41,571 nucleotides of DNA from a virus (taxonomy: Duplodnaviria > Caudoviricetes), in the IMG/VR virus record IMGVR_UViG_3300012952_003517, positions 1 through 41,571 of that record, one strand, 5' to 3'. The position numbers were made by a program, and so were the translations under genes. Below are positions 16,090 to 25,800 of the stretch, piece after piece (the stretch's first letter is position 1; each line of letters starts with the position of its first letter). Below the pieces are notes generated by a model that was given only the letters and a program-made list of their open reading frames with translations, searched no databases and was not told the origin of the DNA.

Positions 16090-19000
16090 ATGGGTTTTAT
16101 GGATTTTTTATTTGGAGGAGGAGACGATCCGGAACAGGCGCGTCCAGCTGTTACTGATGTCTCTGCGGTTAAAAACGCAGATGGAGAATATGTTACTTCT
16201 CGATCCTATGCAGAAACTGTAGATTTAATTTCCGAGGGGCCTATCGAAGGTATAACCAGCGGCACTTATACATATATCAGAGACACCAATATCACAGGCT
16301 ACCAAAAAGTTGTTTTTAATAATTATTGGGCAACAGGCGTGGCAGGCGGAAACAAAACCACTGCACAAGCAAAAGAGCTTGGATTTTTAAGGTCAATTTT
16401 TTGGAATGAAGTTCCTATTGTTGACCAAAATGGTTTTTATAACTATCCCGATATAAACGTAAATTATACAAAGGGAACCCCAATAGGCACGGTTCCAAAA
16501 ATTAATGACGCTTTACCTCAACTAGGTTCTATTCCATCTAGTGATATAATGGACCTGTCTATTAACAGGCCAATAGGTGAGAGGCTTTACGGCCCTGAAA
16601 TAAAGGGAGGTGACGACACGCCCACAGATGTAAAGTATGCAAAAATAAAAGGACCAATAGATAAATACTCAAAAACTTACAGAGTATTAAATAAAGAATG
16701 CAACAAACTTATAGTAAATATAAAAATTACTGCACTACAGGAAAGTTTACAATTCGGCCCCAAAACATACACGAAAAGGCCTCAAGCAACTGGTTACGGT
16801 GATCAAAAAGCTAGAAGAATTGAGTATTTTATTTTTTATAGACCTATATTCAACAAAAAGTTTAAAAATATTGAATCTTCTTCGACAGCAAAAACTGACT
16901 TAAACGAAGAAGGCTGGAGGTTAGGCAAAAAGGAACTTGTAGAAGGTAAAATAGATTCTGGCTACATAAGAGCTACAGTTTTAGATTTTTCAGACAGGGG
17001 GTTTCAAGACAAAGAAGGGTTTGAAGGTTGGCAAATCAGAATCGTTAGAACAACCCCAGAATCTCTTACTTCTTTTTTAAGAAATCAAAGTTTTGTAGAT
17101 TCACTGGTTGAAGTTTACGGGACTAAATTAACTTACCCATATTCGTCAATGGCTTATTCTATATTTGATGCAAGGTCTTTCCAAAGAATACCTACCAGAG
17201 CCTATGACACGCATCTACTAAAAGTTAAAATCCCAAATAACTATAATCCTTTCTTGAAAAGCTATGGAGAAAGCAGTCAATCAGCTACGAGCTACTATAA
17301 AGGAATAGCTATTGGTGCAAAAACCAACTCCCTGATTAGCAGCGATAAGAATACTTGGACTAGAGCAAGTAGTTCAGCGAGTACAGTTGAAGAATGGGAC
17401 GGTAATTTTGCTGAAGAGCTTTGTTGGACGGATAACCCTGCTTGGTGTTTTTATGACTTAATCACAAACAATAGATACGGTTTGGGAGACTACATCAGCT
17501 TAGACCAAGTAGATAAATGGGCTCTTTACGACATAGCTAAATATTGTGACGAGTTAGTTGATGATACATACGGAGGATTTGAGCCGAGATTCACTATAAA
17601 CTATTTAATAACTACCCGCGAAGAAGCTTTTAAAGTTTTAAATGACTTGTCTTCTATTTTCAGAGGCATCTCGTATTATACGAATGGTAGCATTTTTTCC
17701 GCTCAAGATAAATACAAACTTCCTGTTTTTCATTTTAACAACTCAAATGTAGTAGACTCAAATTTTACTTACGCCAGCTCAGCAAAAAAAGCTAGGCATA
17801 CTGTAGCTATTGTTAGATATAACGATAAAAGAAACAGCTACAAACCCGCGGTAGAGTATTTAGAAGACGAAGAAGGCGTAAAGAGATATGGTATAAGAGA
17901 AATTCAAACTTCAGCCTTAGGTTGCACCAGCAGAGGACAAGCGAGAAGATTTGCCAAATGGATCATAGCCAGTGAGTACGAAGAAACTGAAACTGTATCA
18001 TTCAGCGCGGGAGGCGAAGGGGCTTATCTTAGACCCGGAGATATTATTACTATTTATGACAATAATAGAAATCCTTTCAAATTAAGCGGTAGAACAAACG
18101 CAGTAATACAAGGAAATGAAAACATTAATCCGGTTTATAAATTAGATGAAAATCCCTTAACTGCATTTCAAAGACAAAATGTAAACAGTATTATAGTTGA
18201 TCAAGCTCTTAATTTAGAAGACGGAATTAAATACAAATTTTCATTATTGGCGCCAACTTACGATTACTACTCAGGAACTATAGAAACAAGCGATGACCTG
18301 CCCGGCATAAGAAGAACTCAAATACAGAATTTAGCTTTTAATGGATCTGACGCTATCAATGTCACAGGCACAGCAGGAGCTTTCCGATCTGACTTTATAG
18401 CTGACAACAAAGCTGTTTGTACTCAAATCTATTTTAATAGCGGAATGAGGGTAGAAGATGTAGCCGGTGCCGCAAAAGGTAATGTTGGCTCCCCGTACAC
18501 AGGAAACCAGCTTAATTTTCAAGATTATGTTATTACTGGCTATACCAATAGTGCAGTGGAAGGATACAGCAACCAAGGAATAGACTATTCTGGAAATTAT
18601 TTTTCTGGCCAAAACTTGATATGGTCTATCGAGCCTTTATTTGACTCCGAACCTTCTTATCTCAATAATCACGAGTCCTCCTACAGGATAATAAACATAA
18701 AAGAAGAAGAAAATCATGCCTACAACATCCAAGCTTTAGCTTACTCTACAGGTAAATACGAAAACATAGATAGTATTGGGTCTTCTTATTCTAGCTCAAA
18801 CGACTTGCAGATCTATTTCCCGATCTCTGAAAGCGCCTCTCAATCAAACAGTTTGAGCCAGTGGACGAGCTCGTATCCCAACCAAACTTACTCACCCAAT
18901 GCTACCGAAGGTCAAAGAAACAATAATATACTAACCGTAATTGAAGATCAACCATCTATAAATGGTATTATTCAGGACAATTTAGTAACCATAAAGTCAG

Positions 19001-21951
19001 AATTTAGCGTAGCCGGATTTAAAAATAATATCGTGATTGGAAATGAGTCTAAAAGTACTTCGGTAAATTATGGACAAACGTTAAGCGCGAATAGGATTAG
19101 CTACTCTTTTAGCATAATCACCACAGGAAATCCCCAAATTACAAACAATTGGAATGCTTTAAATGACCCGAGAATAACGCCAGTAGTTAATACTTCTGCG
19201 CAAGACCCAAGGGAAACTTCAGTAACGTATTTAGTAGCCCCTGAATACTACGAAGATATTAGCCAGAATGAGTATTTATTAATAACCTCAGAAGATACGA
19301 AGTTTTTTAATAACTCAAAAAGTAAAATAGAAGTAGAAGCTTTAGTTAGCTCAATAAATAGAGATAATGGAGGTAACGTTTTACCTTTCTATATAGTTAT
19401 ATATCCTATTTCAGATGACGGAGTAATTGGACATGGGCTTTTAAGAGGAATTCGCCCAAGTACAGAAGCTATAAAAAAACTTACAACACCAGTTCAAGCC
19501 TATACAATCAACGGTCTCACCACCAGAGGAGCCGATGGGCTTCCCGTTCAAGCGGGCACACCCTCTGACCCAAGATTATTTGCGTTAGACAATACTCAAC
19601 CGGAATTTGAATGGCAGATAAGCTCTCAAGACCCAATATTTAACAGACCTTCAGCAGAAGAAAGCGATTTTGGTAGATACGAATTAAATTTCACTAATGT
19701 AGAGGATATACAATATAGAGTTACTGTAAGAAAGCCGTCTACTACTAATATTCCTACCAGTCACATATACTTTGAGTTTACTGGGTATACATCGCCATCT
19801 ACTAAACCTACATTTGTTTTTGATGAAACGTATAACAATCCCGACATAATCTCTGATATTTCGAGTGACGGTCAAACATATAACAACGACGATCTAAATA
19901 ATCGAGGTATTGGTAGGCACATAATAAGAGCAGAAGACGGTGCTATAAAAGATATTTTTTACAAGTCTGTCGACAGTGGCGTAGTGATCAGAGACACCCA
20001 AGAGCTACCTTTAAGAGAGTTTGATATAGTGGTTGAAACTCAAGATGTAAACGGCAGAACGAGTGTTGATAATTATGTCTATGCTAACACTATAAATCAA
20101 GACACTAACGAAAATCCAGAAAAATATGCTGAGAATCTTTTTAATGCCGGGTATGACATTTTAGGAGTTTCAATAGATTCCCCTAGTGGAGTATTTTTTG
20201 CGCAATCAAATAGTGAAAAAGGCTTTAGTAATCAAATTTTTGATATGGATACAGTGTTTAACAGAAACTATCCTTATAAAGCTACGGCCAGATTGATAAC
20301 AGAAGGTGGAATTAATATAACTATTGAAGAAGTAGAAAATAAAGAAGGCGAGTCAACAATTACCGCTGAAGAAGCGGATAAGTTTTTCAATGATGCTCGA
20401 GGTGTCGTCTATTATTTTACCACAGGAGACGCTCAAACTGAAACCACTGAAGACACAACAATATTCTCTAATTTATCACCACAGTTTGACCTTGATATAG
20501 AAAAACAAAAGTCTAATAATAAATATCTATTAAAGAGTAATAAAAATATAGAAGAAGAGAGAGCGAGTAAAATAAAAAATTTAGAAGTCGCTGTAGACGG
20601 AGGTACTCAAACAAAAGGTGTCGCTTTTGATGGAGTAGTCACCACCAATAGGCTTTCAGCGGAAGATGCTGCAGCAGATAACGGTTCAGTAGTACGTAGA
20701 GGATTTTATTTATTTGAAGGAGGAGACACGATAGGGGGATTCACCATACCGTTCCCCATGATTACTCGTGAAGAAGTTACAAACATACAATTCTGCATGG
20801 CTCTTTTTGATTCTATATCTTTTAAAAGGGCTTTTGAACAAGACTCTAATCTACCTTTATTTGATAAGATAACAGTAAATAACGAAACAAAACAGTTAGC
20901 AAAAATTTTCTCAGATACAAAATTAAATTTCTCCACATTACCATTGAGTATAGACGCTAAATATTCAATAGATAATGCCTTAGGTACGGACAAACCAACC
21001 GCGTTCTTAAATCCTTTAGGAACCTCATTTAGAATGGGTGAGTTCAATCCAAACTCAAACGCTGTAAGTTCTTTAGGGTACCAAGCTTGGGGAGAGGTGG
21101 TAGTAGGGGCTAATCACAAAGATGCAACTCAACTCAATTTCGACCCCGAGCCTTTTGGGTATTCAAACCGACCTGATTTTAGCGTCGCTCATATTTTAGG
21201 TAGCGATTATTATATAAAAGGCCAAATAGGAAGCATTTTTAACATTGACTCATCAATTTTAACTGAAAGTAATAATGAACCAGCCTACAAAGAACTGACA
21301 GTCAACAAAAAATTTGGGGTAACAGAAGAGGTAACGCTAGAAGGGCGCAAAATTCTTGACGGAAGCGCGAACCGTAGACCTTCTATAGTAAAAGGCTCCG
21401 CAGATTTAAACAACATTAAGGTGTATGGAATCGCTAAAACGTCTTCTTATAACAGGCCCGGTAAGGCTAGAGACTGGAATAGTTTGCCCAGTAACAAAAA
21501 CCGATGGAATGAATATATGTCTAGCTACGCAACTATAAGGACACTAATTATGACAGTTCCTTTAACTGATGATTTAGCTAATTTACCTACAGAAAGATAT
21601 TCTGTGGATTTATCAATACAAGGTTATCTAAATATTTCCCCCGGTTCTACTACTCATGTAACTCATGAATACGACGATCAACCAAGGTCGTCAGTACTTC
21701 TCCCATTACGCGGGGTAGCTCAAGAATACCTCGCTTACGAGGTCACTAACTATCATACGGAGTATCGAGTGATAAAAGGGGCTGGAGTATTCCATGCTGT
21801 TATTAGACAGTGGACCGATAATTACCTTGATGCAAATAACCCCAGTGCCACGCAGAGTATATGGAACAGAACCCCTTTTGAAGGTCCCTCAAATTTAGTA
21901 AACGTAGGGGGTTTAAAAATTAAATTTGGTGTTTTAGCTGATCTTAGATAA
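16090..21951 (+). CDS. Lambda gpJ-like central tail tip / host-specificity protein (1953 aa)
   Basis: Motifs DLISEGPIEG, YPYSSMAY..FDARSF..IPTRAY, WTDNPAWCFYDLITNNRYGLG, GCTSRGQARRFAKW and LRPGDII. The C-terminal half is long and unrecognised. Confidence 0.93.
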   Translation: MGFMDFLFGGGDDPEQARPAVTDVSAVKNADGEYVTSRSYAETVDLISEGPIEGITSGTYTYIRDTNITGYQKVVFNNYWATGVAGGNKTTAQAKELGFLRSIFWNEVPIVDQNGFYNYPDINVNYTKGTPIGTVPKINDALPQLGSIPSSDIMDLSINRPIGERLYGPEIKGGDDTPTDVKYAKIKGPIDKYSKTYRVLNKECNKLIVNIKITALQESLQFGPKTYTKRPQATGYGDQKARRIEYFIFYRPIFNKKFKNIESSSTAKTDLNEEGWRLGKKELVEGKIDSGYIRATVLDFSDRGFQDKEGFEGWQIRIVRTTPESLTSFLRNQSFVDSLVEVYGTKLTYPYSSMAYSIFDARSFQRIPTRAYDTHLLKVKIPNNYNPFLKSYGESSQSATSYYKGIAIGAKTNSLISSDKNTWTRASSSASTVEEWDGNFAEELCWTDNPAWCFYDLITNNRYGLGDYISLDQVDKWALYDIAKYCDELVDDTYGGFEPRFTINYLITTREEAFKVLNDLSSIFRGISYYTNGSIFSAQDKYKLPVFHFNNSNVVDSNFTYASSAKKARHTVAIVRYNDKRNSYKPAVEYLEDEEGVKRYGIREIQTSALGCTSRGQARRFAKWIIASEYEETETVSFSAGGEGAYLRPGDIITIYDNNRNPFKLSGRTNAVIQGNENINPVYKLDENPLTAFQRQNVNSIIVDQALNLEDGIKYKFSLLAPTYDYYSGTIETSDDLPGIRRTQIQNLAFNGSDAINVTGTAGAFRSDFIADNKAVCTQIYFNSGMRVEDVAGAAKGNVGSPYTGNQLNFQDYVITGYTNSAVEGYSNQGIDYSGNYFSGQNLIWSIEPLFDSEPSYLNNHESSYRIINIKEEENHAYNIQALAYSTGKYENIDSIGSSYSSSNDLQIYFPISESASQSNSLSQWTSSYPNQTYSPNATEGQRNNNILTVIEDQPSINGIIQDNLVTIKSEFSVAGFKNNIVIGNESKSTSVNYGQTLSANRISYSFSIITTGNPQITNNWNALNDPRITPVVNTSAQDPRETSVTYLVAPEYYEDISQNEYLLITSEDTKFFNNSKSKIEVEALVSSINRDNGGNVLPFYIVIYPISDDGVIGHGLLRGIRPSTEAIKKLTTPVQAYTINGLTTRGADGLPVQAGTPSDPRLFALDNTQPEFEWQISSQDPIFNRPSAEESDFGRYELNFTNVEDIQYRVTVRKPSTTNIPTSHIYFEFTGYTSPSTKPTFVFDETYNNPDIISDISSDGQTYNNDDLNNRGIGRHIIRAEDGAIKDIFYKSVDSGVVIRDTQELPLREFDIVVETQDVNGRTSVDNYVYANTINQDTNENPEKYAENLFNAGYDILGVSIDSPSGVFFAQSNSEKGFSNQIFDMDTVFNRNYPYKATARLITEGGINITIEEVENKEGESTITAEEADKFFNDARGVVYYFTTGDAQTETTEDTTIFSNLSPQFDLDIEKQKSNNKYLLKSNKNIEEERASKIKNLEVAVDGGTQTKGVAFDGVVTTNRLSAEDAAADNGSVVRRGFYLFEGGDTIGGFTIPFPMITREEVTNIQFCMALFDSISFKRAFEQDSNLPLFDKITVNNETKQLAKIFSDTKLNFSTLPLSIDAKYSIDNALGTDKPTAFLNPLGTSFRMGEFNPNSNAVSSLGYQAWGEVVVGANHKDATQLNFDPEPFGYSNRPDFSVAHILGSDYYIKGQIGSIFNIDSSILTESNNEPAYKELTVNKKFGVTEEVTLEGRKILDGSANRRPSIVKGSADLNNIKVYGIAKTSSYNRPGKARDWNSLPSNKNRWNEYMSSYATIRTLIMTVPLTDDLANLPTERYSVDLSIQGYLNISPGSTTHVTHEYDDQPRSSVLLPLRGVAQEYLAYEVTNYHTEYRVIKGAGVFHAVIRQWTDNYLDANNPSATQSIWNRTPFEGPSNLVNVGGLKIKFGVLADLR

Positions 21952-21962
21952 TAATCTTTATT

Positions 21963-22835
21963 ATGAGACCCGAGGTTTTTGAAGCTTCAATTAAAAACAA
22001 TACTGACAGACTATACGTAATTGGTAACAGGAAAGTAGTTTGTAAAAATGGAGCTTTCATTCATATAGGTGGGAATCAAGTTCATTATCAATTAGAGAAT
22101 ACGGAATCTTTAAATATAAAAAGAAAGTTCACCGTAAGTGGTCAAAGCATCCAAACTAAAAATGATTTTACTTATAGAATCTCGCCGTCAGATATTTTAA
22201 ACATAACTTTTAATGAATACGAGGCCTGCGATTTTAAAAACGTAAAAGATAATAATAAATTTAAATACAAGATCGGGGACTTGATTTACTCTCAAGGAGG
22301 AGTAGCTTCAAGCAGCAAAGACAACTTAACAGGGGAAAACACAGAGTTTAATGTAACTAAAGTTGACGCTAAAGGAAACATTTTAGAGATATCTATTTCA
22401 TCCCCGGGTAAATACGTCACCCCTCCTCAAAACCCAGTGAAACTACTCCACGACTCAGGAGAATTCATTACAGCAGATGTAGAGTATGAAGAAGCAGAAT
22501 CATCCTCCATTTTAGAAAGGGATATAAAGTCAATCGTATACAATGAGGGGAAAACAAGTATAGAATTTCACTATCCCCTTCCTCAAGACGTTAAAGAAGG
22601 GGAGTTTGCACTAACAAAACAGGTAATTATTCTTAATAAAAAATATAGCTTACCTTCAGCTGAGCTCATCCCCTGTGAAATGACTTTTGATTTTTCTCCA
22701 GTGGTAAAAATTCCACTTTTGTCCAATAATTCATCTAACCCTTACGCTATGTATAACGAAGGTATTAAGATGATAGAAAAGAAATTTATTGAAATGGAAA
22801 AAAGAATTTCAAATCTTGAAAATAGAAATATTTAA
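21963..22835 (+). CDS. Probable tail-associated structural protein (290 aa)
   Basis: Follows J in the same operon; beta-rich with a C-terminal coiled coil (IEKKFIEMEKRISNLENR). Its stop overlaps the convergent tape measure stop (TTAA). Confidence 0.6.
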   Translation: MRPEVFEASIKNNTDRLYVIGNRKVVCKNGAFIHIGGNQVHYQLENTESLNIKRKFTVSGQSIQTKNDFTYRISPSDILNITFNEYEACDFKNVKDNNKFKYKIGDLIYSQGGVASSSKDNLTGENTEFNVTKVDAKGNILEISISSPGKYVTPPQNPVKLLHDSGEFITADVEYEEAESSSILERDIKSIVYNEGKTSIEFHYPLPQDVKEGEFALTKQVIILNKKYSLPSAELIPCEMTFDFSPVVKIPLLSNNSSNPYAMYNEGIKMIEKKFIEMEKRISNLENRNI

Positions 22836-25800
22836 TTCTGTTGGTGGAGTAATCCGCCGGGCCTTTGCTGTTTTATGATTTCTTCCAAAACAACACCTTG
22901 CAAAACGTCTCCAAGCTTACTGTTATTTTGTATCTCCTCATTTTCGTCTCTGGCAGATTCACCTGACCCAGATTGGGTTCCAGCGCTTACCTCTGCGTTT
23001 GCCCCACCGCTCTTGTCTACATTAATATTAATTTTAACGTTATTAGTAGTATTGCCGCCAGTATTTAACGTAGAGCCTCCTCCTGCTACAGCTGGGCCAG
23101 TTTGATTACCAACAAGACCTCCTCCAGCGTATCTAGGAACATTTCCGCGGTTAAGTTCTGTCATGAACCCAACCCCATGAGTACGGACAGCTTGTGGGCT
23201 CATTACATATTCTCCGCCCATAACACGAGCTAAACCACCATTCGCATTTCCGGTTTTAGGAAATCCTCCGCTTGGCATGGTACCCAATAAAGACCCAGAC
23301 ATTTTCATGTCTTGATAATCCATATAACCGTGTTGTTGAGCAAATGCATCCCTACCGCCAGCCATTCTTATATCGCTTCTTATAGCAGCTCCGTGCTCCC
23401 CAGACAGACCCCCTACCCCAACAGAGCCTCTCCTTGTAGCCATTGCCCCAGCTATTTTTGCCCCTCCAACTAACATGGCTGCATTCATGAAAGCGCCAAC
23501 CATTCTCCCTCTTTTCTCTTTTTCTACTGCTTTTATTTGATTTCTACGGCTAGCTTTTTCTCCTGCTACGTAATCCATGTAGCTAGCGATTCTTTGTTCT
23601 TTTTCAAACATTCTCGCGGTTTGCGGATCACCCTCATTTAATCTACCCATTAATGATAATGAATCACTAACTTCAAATCTTCCCTCTGTGGGCCTAGCTC
23701 TTTCGCTAACTAACCTACCGGTTTCAGGATCTCTTCTATAGTAAACAAAACCTTTAGCAAGCGAAACATTAGCGGCACCTCCGCCACCTGATACAGAATC
23801 AACTCTACCGGCATCTGGATCCGCTCCCCCTAAGTAACCTAAACTACTTCTACCCATACCATAGTCTCTAGAAGGTATAGGTTTAGGAGCGTTAGGCTGA
23901 GAGGCTGCTTGTATTACGCCGGATAAAGCTCCACTACCGGCAGCTATTAATCCCATGGTCCCAATTCCCGGGCCAGTATTACCACCGTTTGCGTAGCCGT
24001 TTATAGCATTAAGGGTTCCAACTCCTATTTTATTGACAGCAGATTTTTTAATCACAAACTCTCCGCCGGACATTCTAGTCATCACATCATCTTTATAACC
24101 TGAACCGCCTGTAACTAGACCTCCTCCAGCATAACCGGGGACATACCCTCCCTGAGCATAAGCTCCTTGTCCAGCGCCGGGCATCATTCTAGAAAAGAGC
24201 ATGTTAGTAAACATTTGACTGGACATCTGGTTAATAGAATTAAGGATGCTTTGAGCCATGTTGGCTAATGCTCCTTGAACGCTAGAAGCGCCGCTAGAAA
24301 TAGATTGAAATGCATCTGCAAAAGAGGACTTCATGGTTTGAGCTACCTGACGACTTCCGTTTTCAAAATCTCTCAAAGCGTCTACTTCGTTATAACCCAT
24401 TTCATTTATAAAACCTGCACGGAAAGCTCTTCCAAAATCCCCTTTTTCAACACCAAAGCTTTCAACATTCTTAGCTAATGCGGCGCTATAAGCAGAGCTT
24501 ACATCTCTCATACCTTTTCTACCTTGACCAGCTAAATTTCTAGTCTCGTTATACTCAGCTTCAGCTAAAGCAGACTGAATCATTCTTTGCTCCTCTCTCT
24601 TAGCTGTGTTTAACTCGTACTGGAGCTTGATAGTTTGAAGGGTAACTTTATACTGTTCTTTTGCTAGATTTATAGCATTAGTTTCATTTTGTACAGCCTT
24701 ATCTTGGGAGGAATTATATTTTTCTTGAGCTTTTCTAAGTAGATCTATAATTTTTGGAAGTTCTTGCATTGCAAGCTGATCCCCGGGGTCGCTCAATATA
24801 CCTTGATCTAACTTAAGTCCCTTCACGCCAGCTAACCTTTCAATTAGCTTGTCAATCTGGGATTGATCTGCTCCCGCCTCTATTTGATCTCTTAATTCAG
24901 TAAAGGCAGCTAAAGCCTCACTCGCTTGAGGTCCACCAAACCCTTTACCTTCTATAAATTTAACAGCATTCATCCCTGCCAAGCCCTCCTTAATACTAAC
25001 TTCAAGAGCTTTGGCAGCTATACCTTCAGCATTTCTTCTATCTAAACGAGCACCCGCTATAGCCTCATTTCTGACCACACCAGCAACTCCCGTAGAGTCC
25101 ATTCTCGCGTTAGCTTGAGCTGTGCGTAAACCAGAACCTAAACCGAATATAGCTCTGCCCTGTGCCGCGTTTCTGGTCATCGTGTCTAGGGCTCTTTTCG
25201 CGGTAAATACAGACTGCCTGTAAGATTCTTGCTGTTTCATTGCTTTCAGCAAGGTTGCCGTATACGTCTTTTTCTTTTCTGCCGCCTCCGCTTCTATTTT
25301 TTCATTTTCTTTAACCGCTTTATTGTATGCTTCTTGGTCCGTATATCCCGCGATGATTGCGCTTATATATTTTCTTAAAGCCTTATTTCTTTCTTGCTGG
25401 GTTATGTTTCCAGCCATCGCCTCCCCAGTTATGGCTTGAAAAAACCCACCTTCATCAGACTGCATCGCACCACGTAAATCATCAGGCTTCACGCCAAGAA
25501 TTTTTGCTAATTGATCTGTTCCCCCTCGGAATGATGAAACCCCTCCTTTAGCTATATCAGCAGGGTTAGTTCCAGCAGCAGCGAGTCTAGACATTACTTC
25601 TCTTTGCGACATTCCTGCCTGACCCCCAAACCTCTTGAGGAAATCTTCTCCCGCTTGCATTGCGAATCCTGCCCCCGGTTTAGCTTTAGCGACACCCGCT
25701 GACTTTATATCCGATATCTTAGCACTTTCACTTACGAATTTTATATACTCTTGAAATTTAGGGTTACTAGTAAATTTGTCTCCCTCAATCGCTGCTCTTT

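Noticed and set aside
12612-22835. Invertase-controlled, phase-variable inversion of the tip cassette
   Set aside because: No inverted repeats at the two junctions, no recombinase in the window, and the right junction is just overlapping stop codons.
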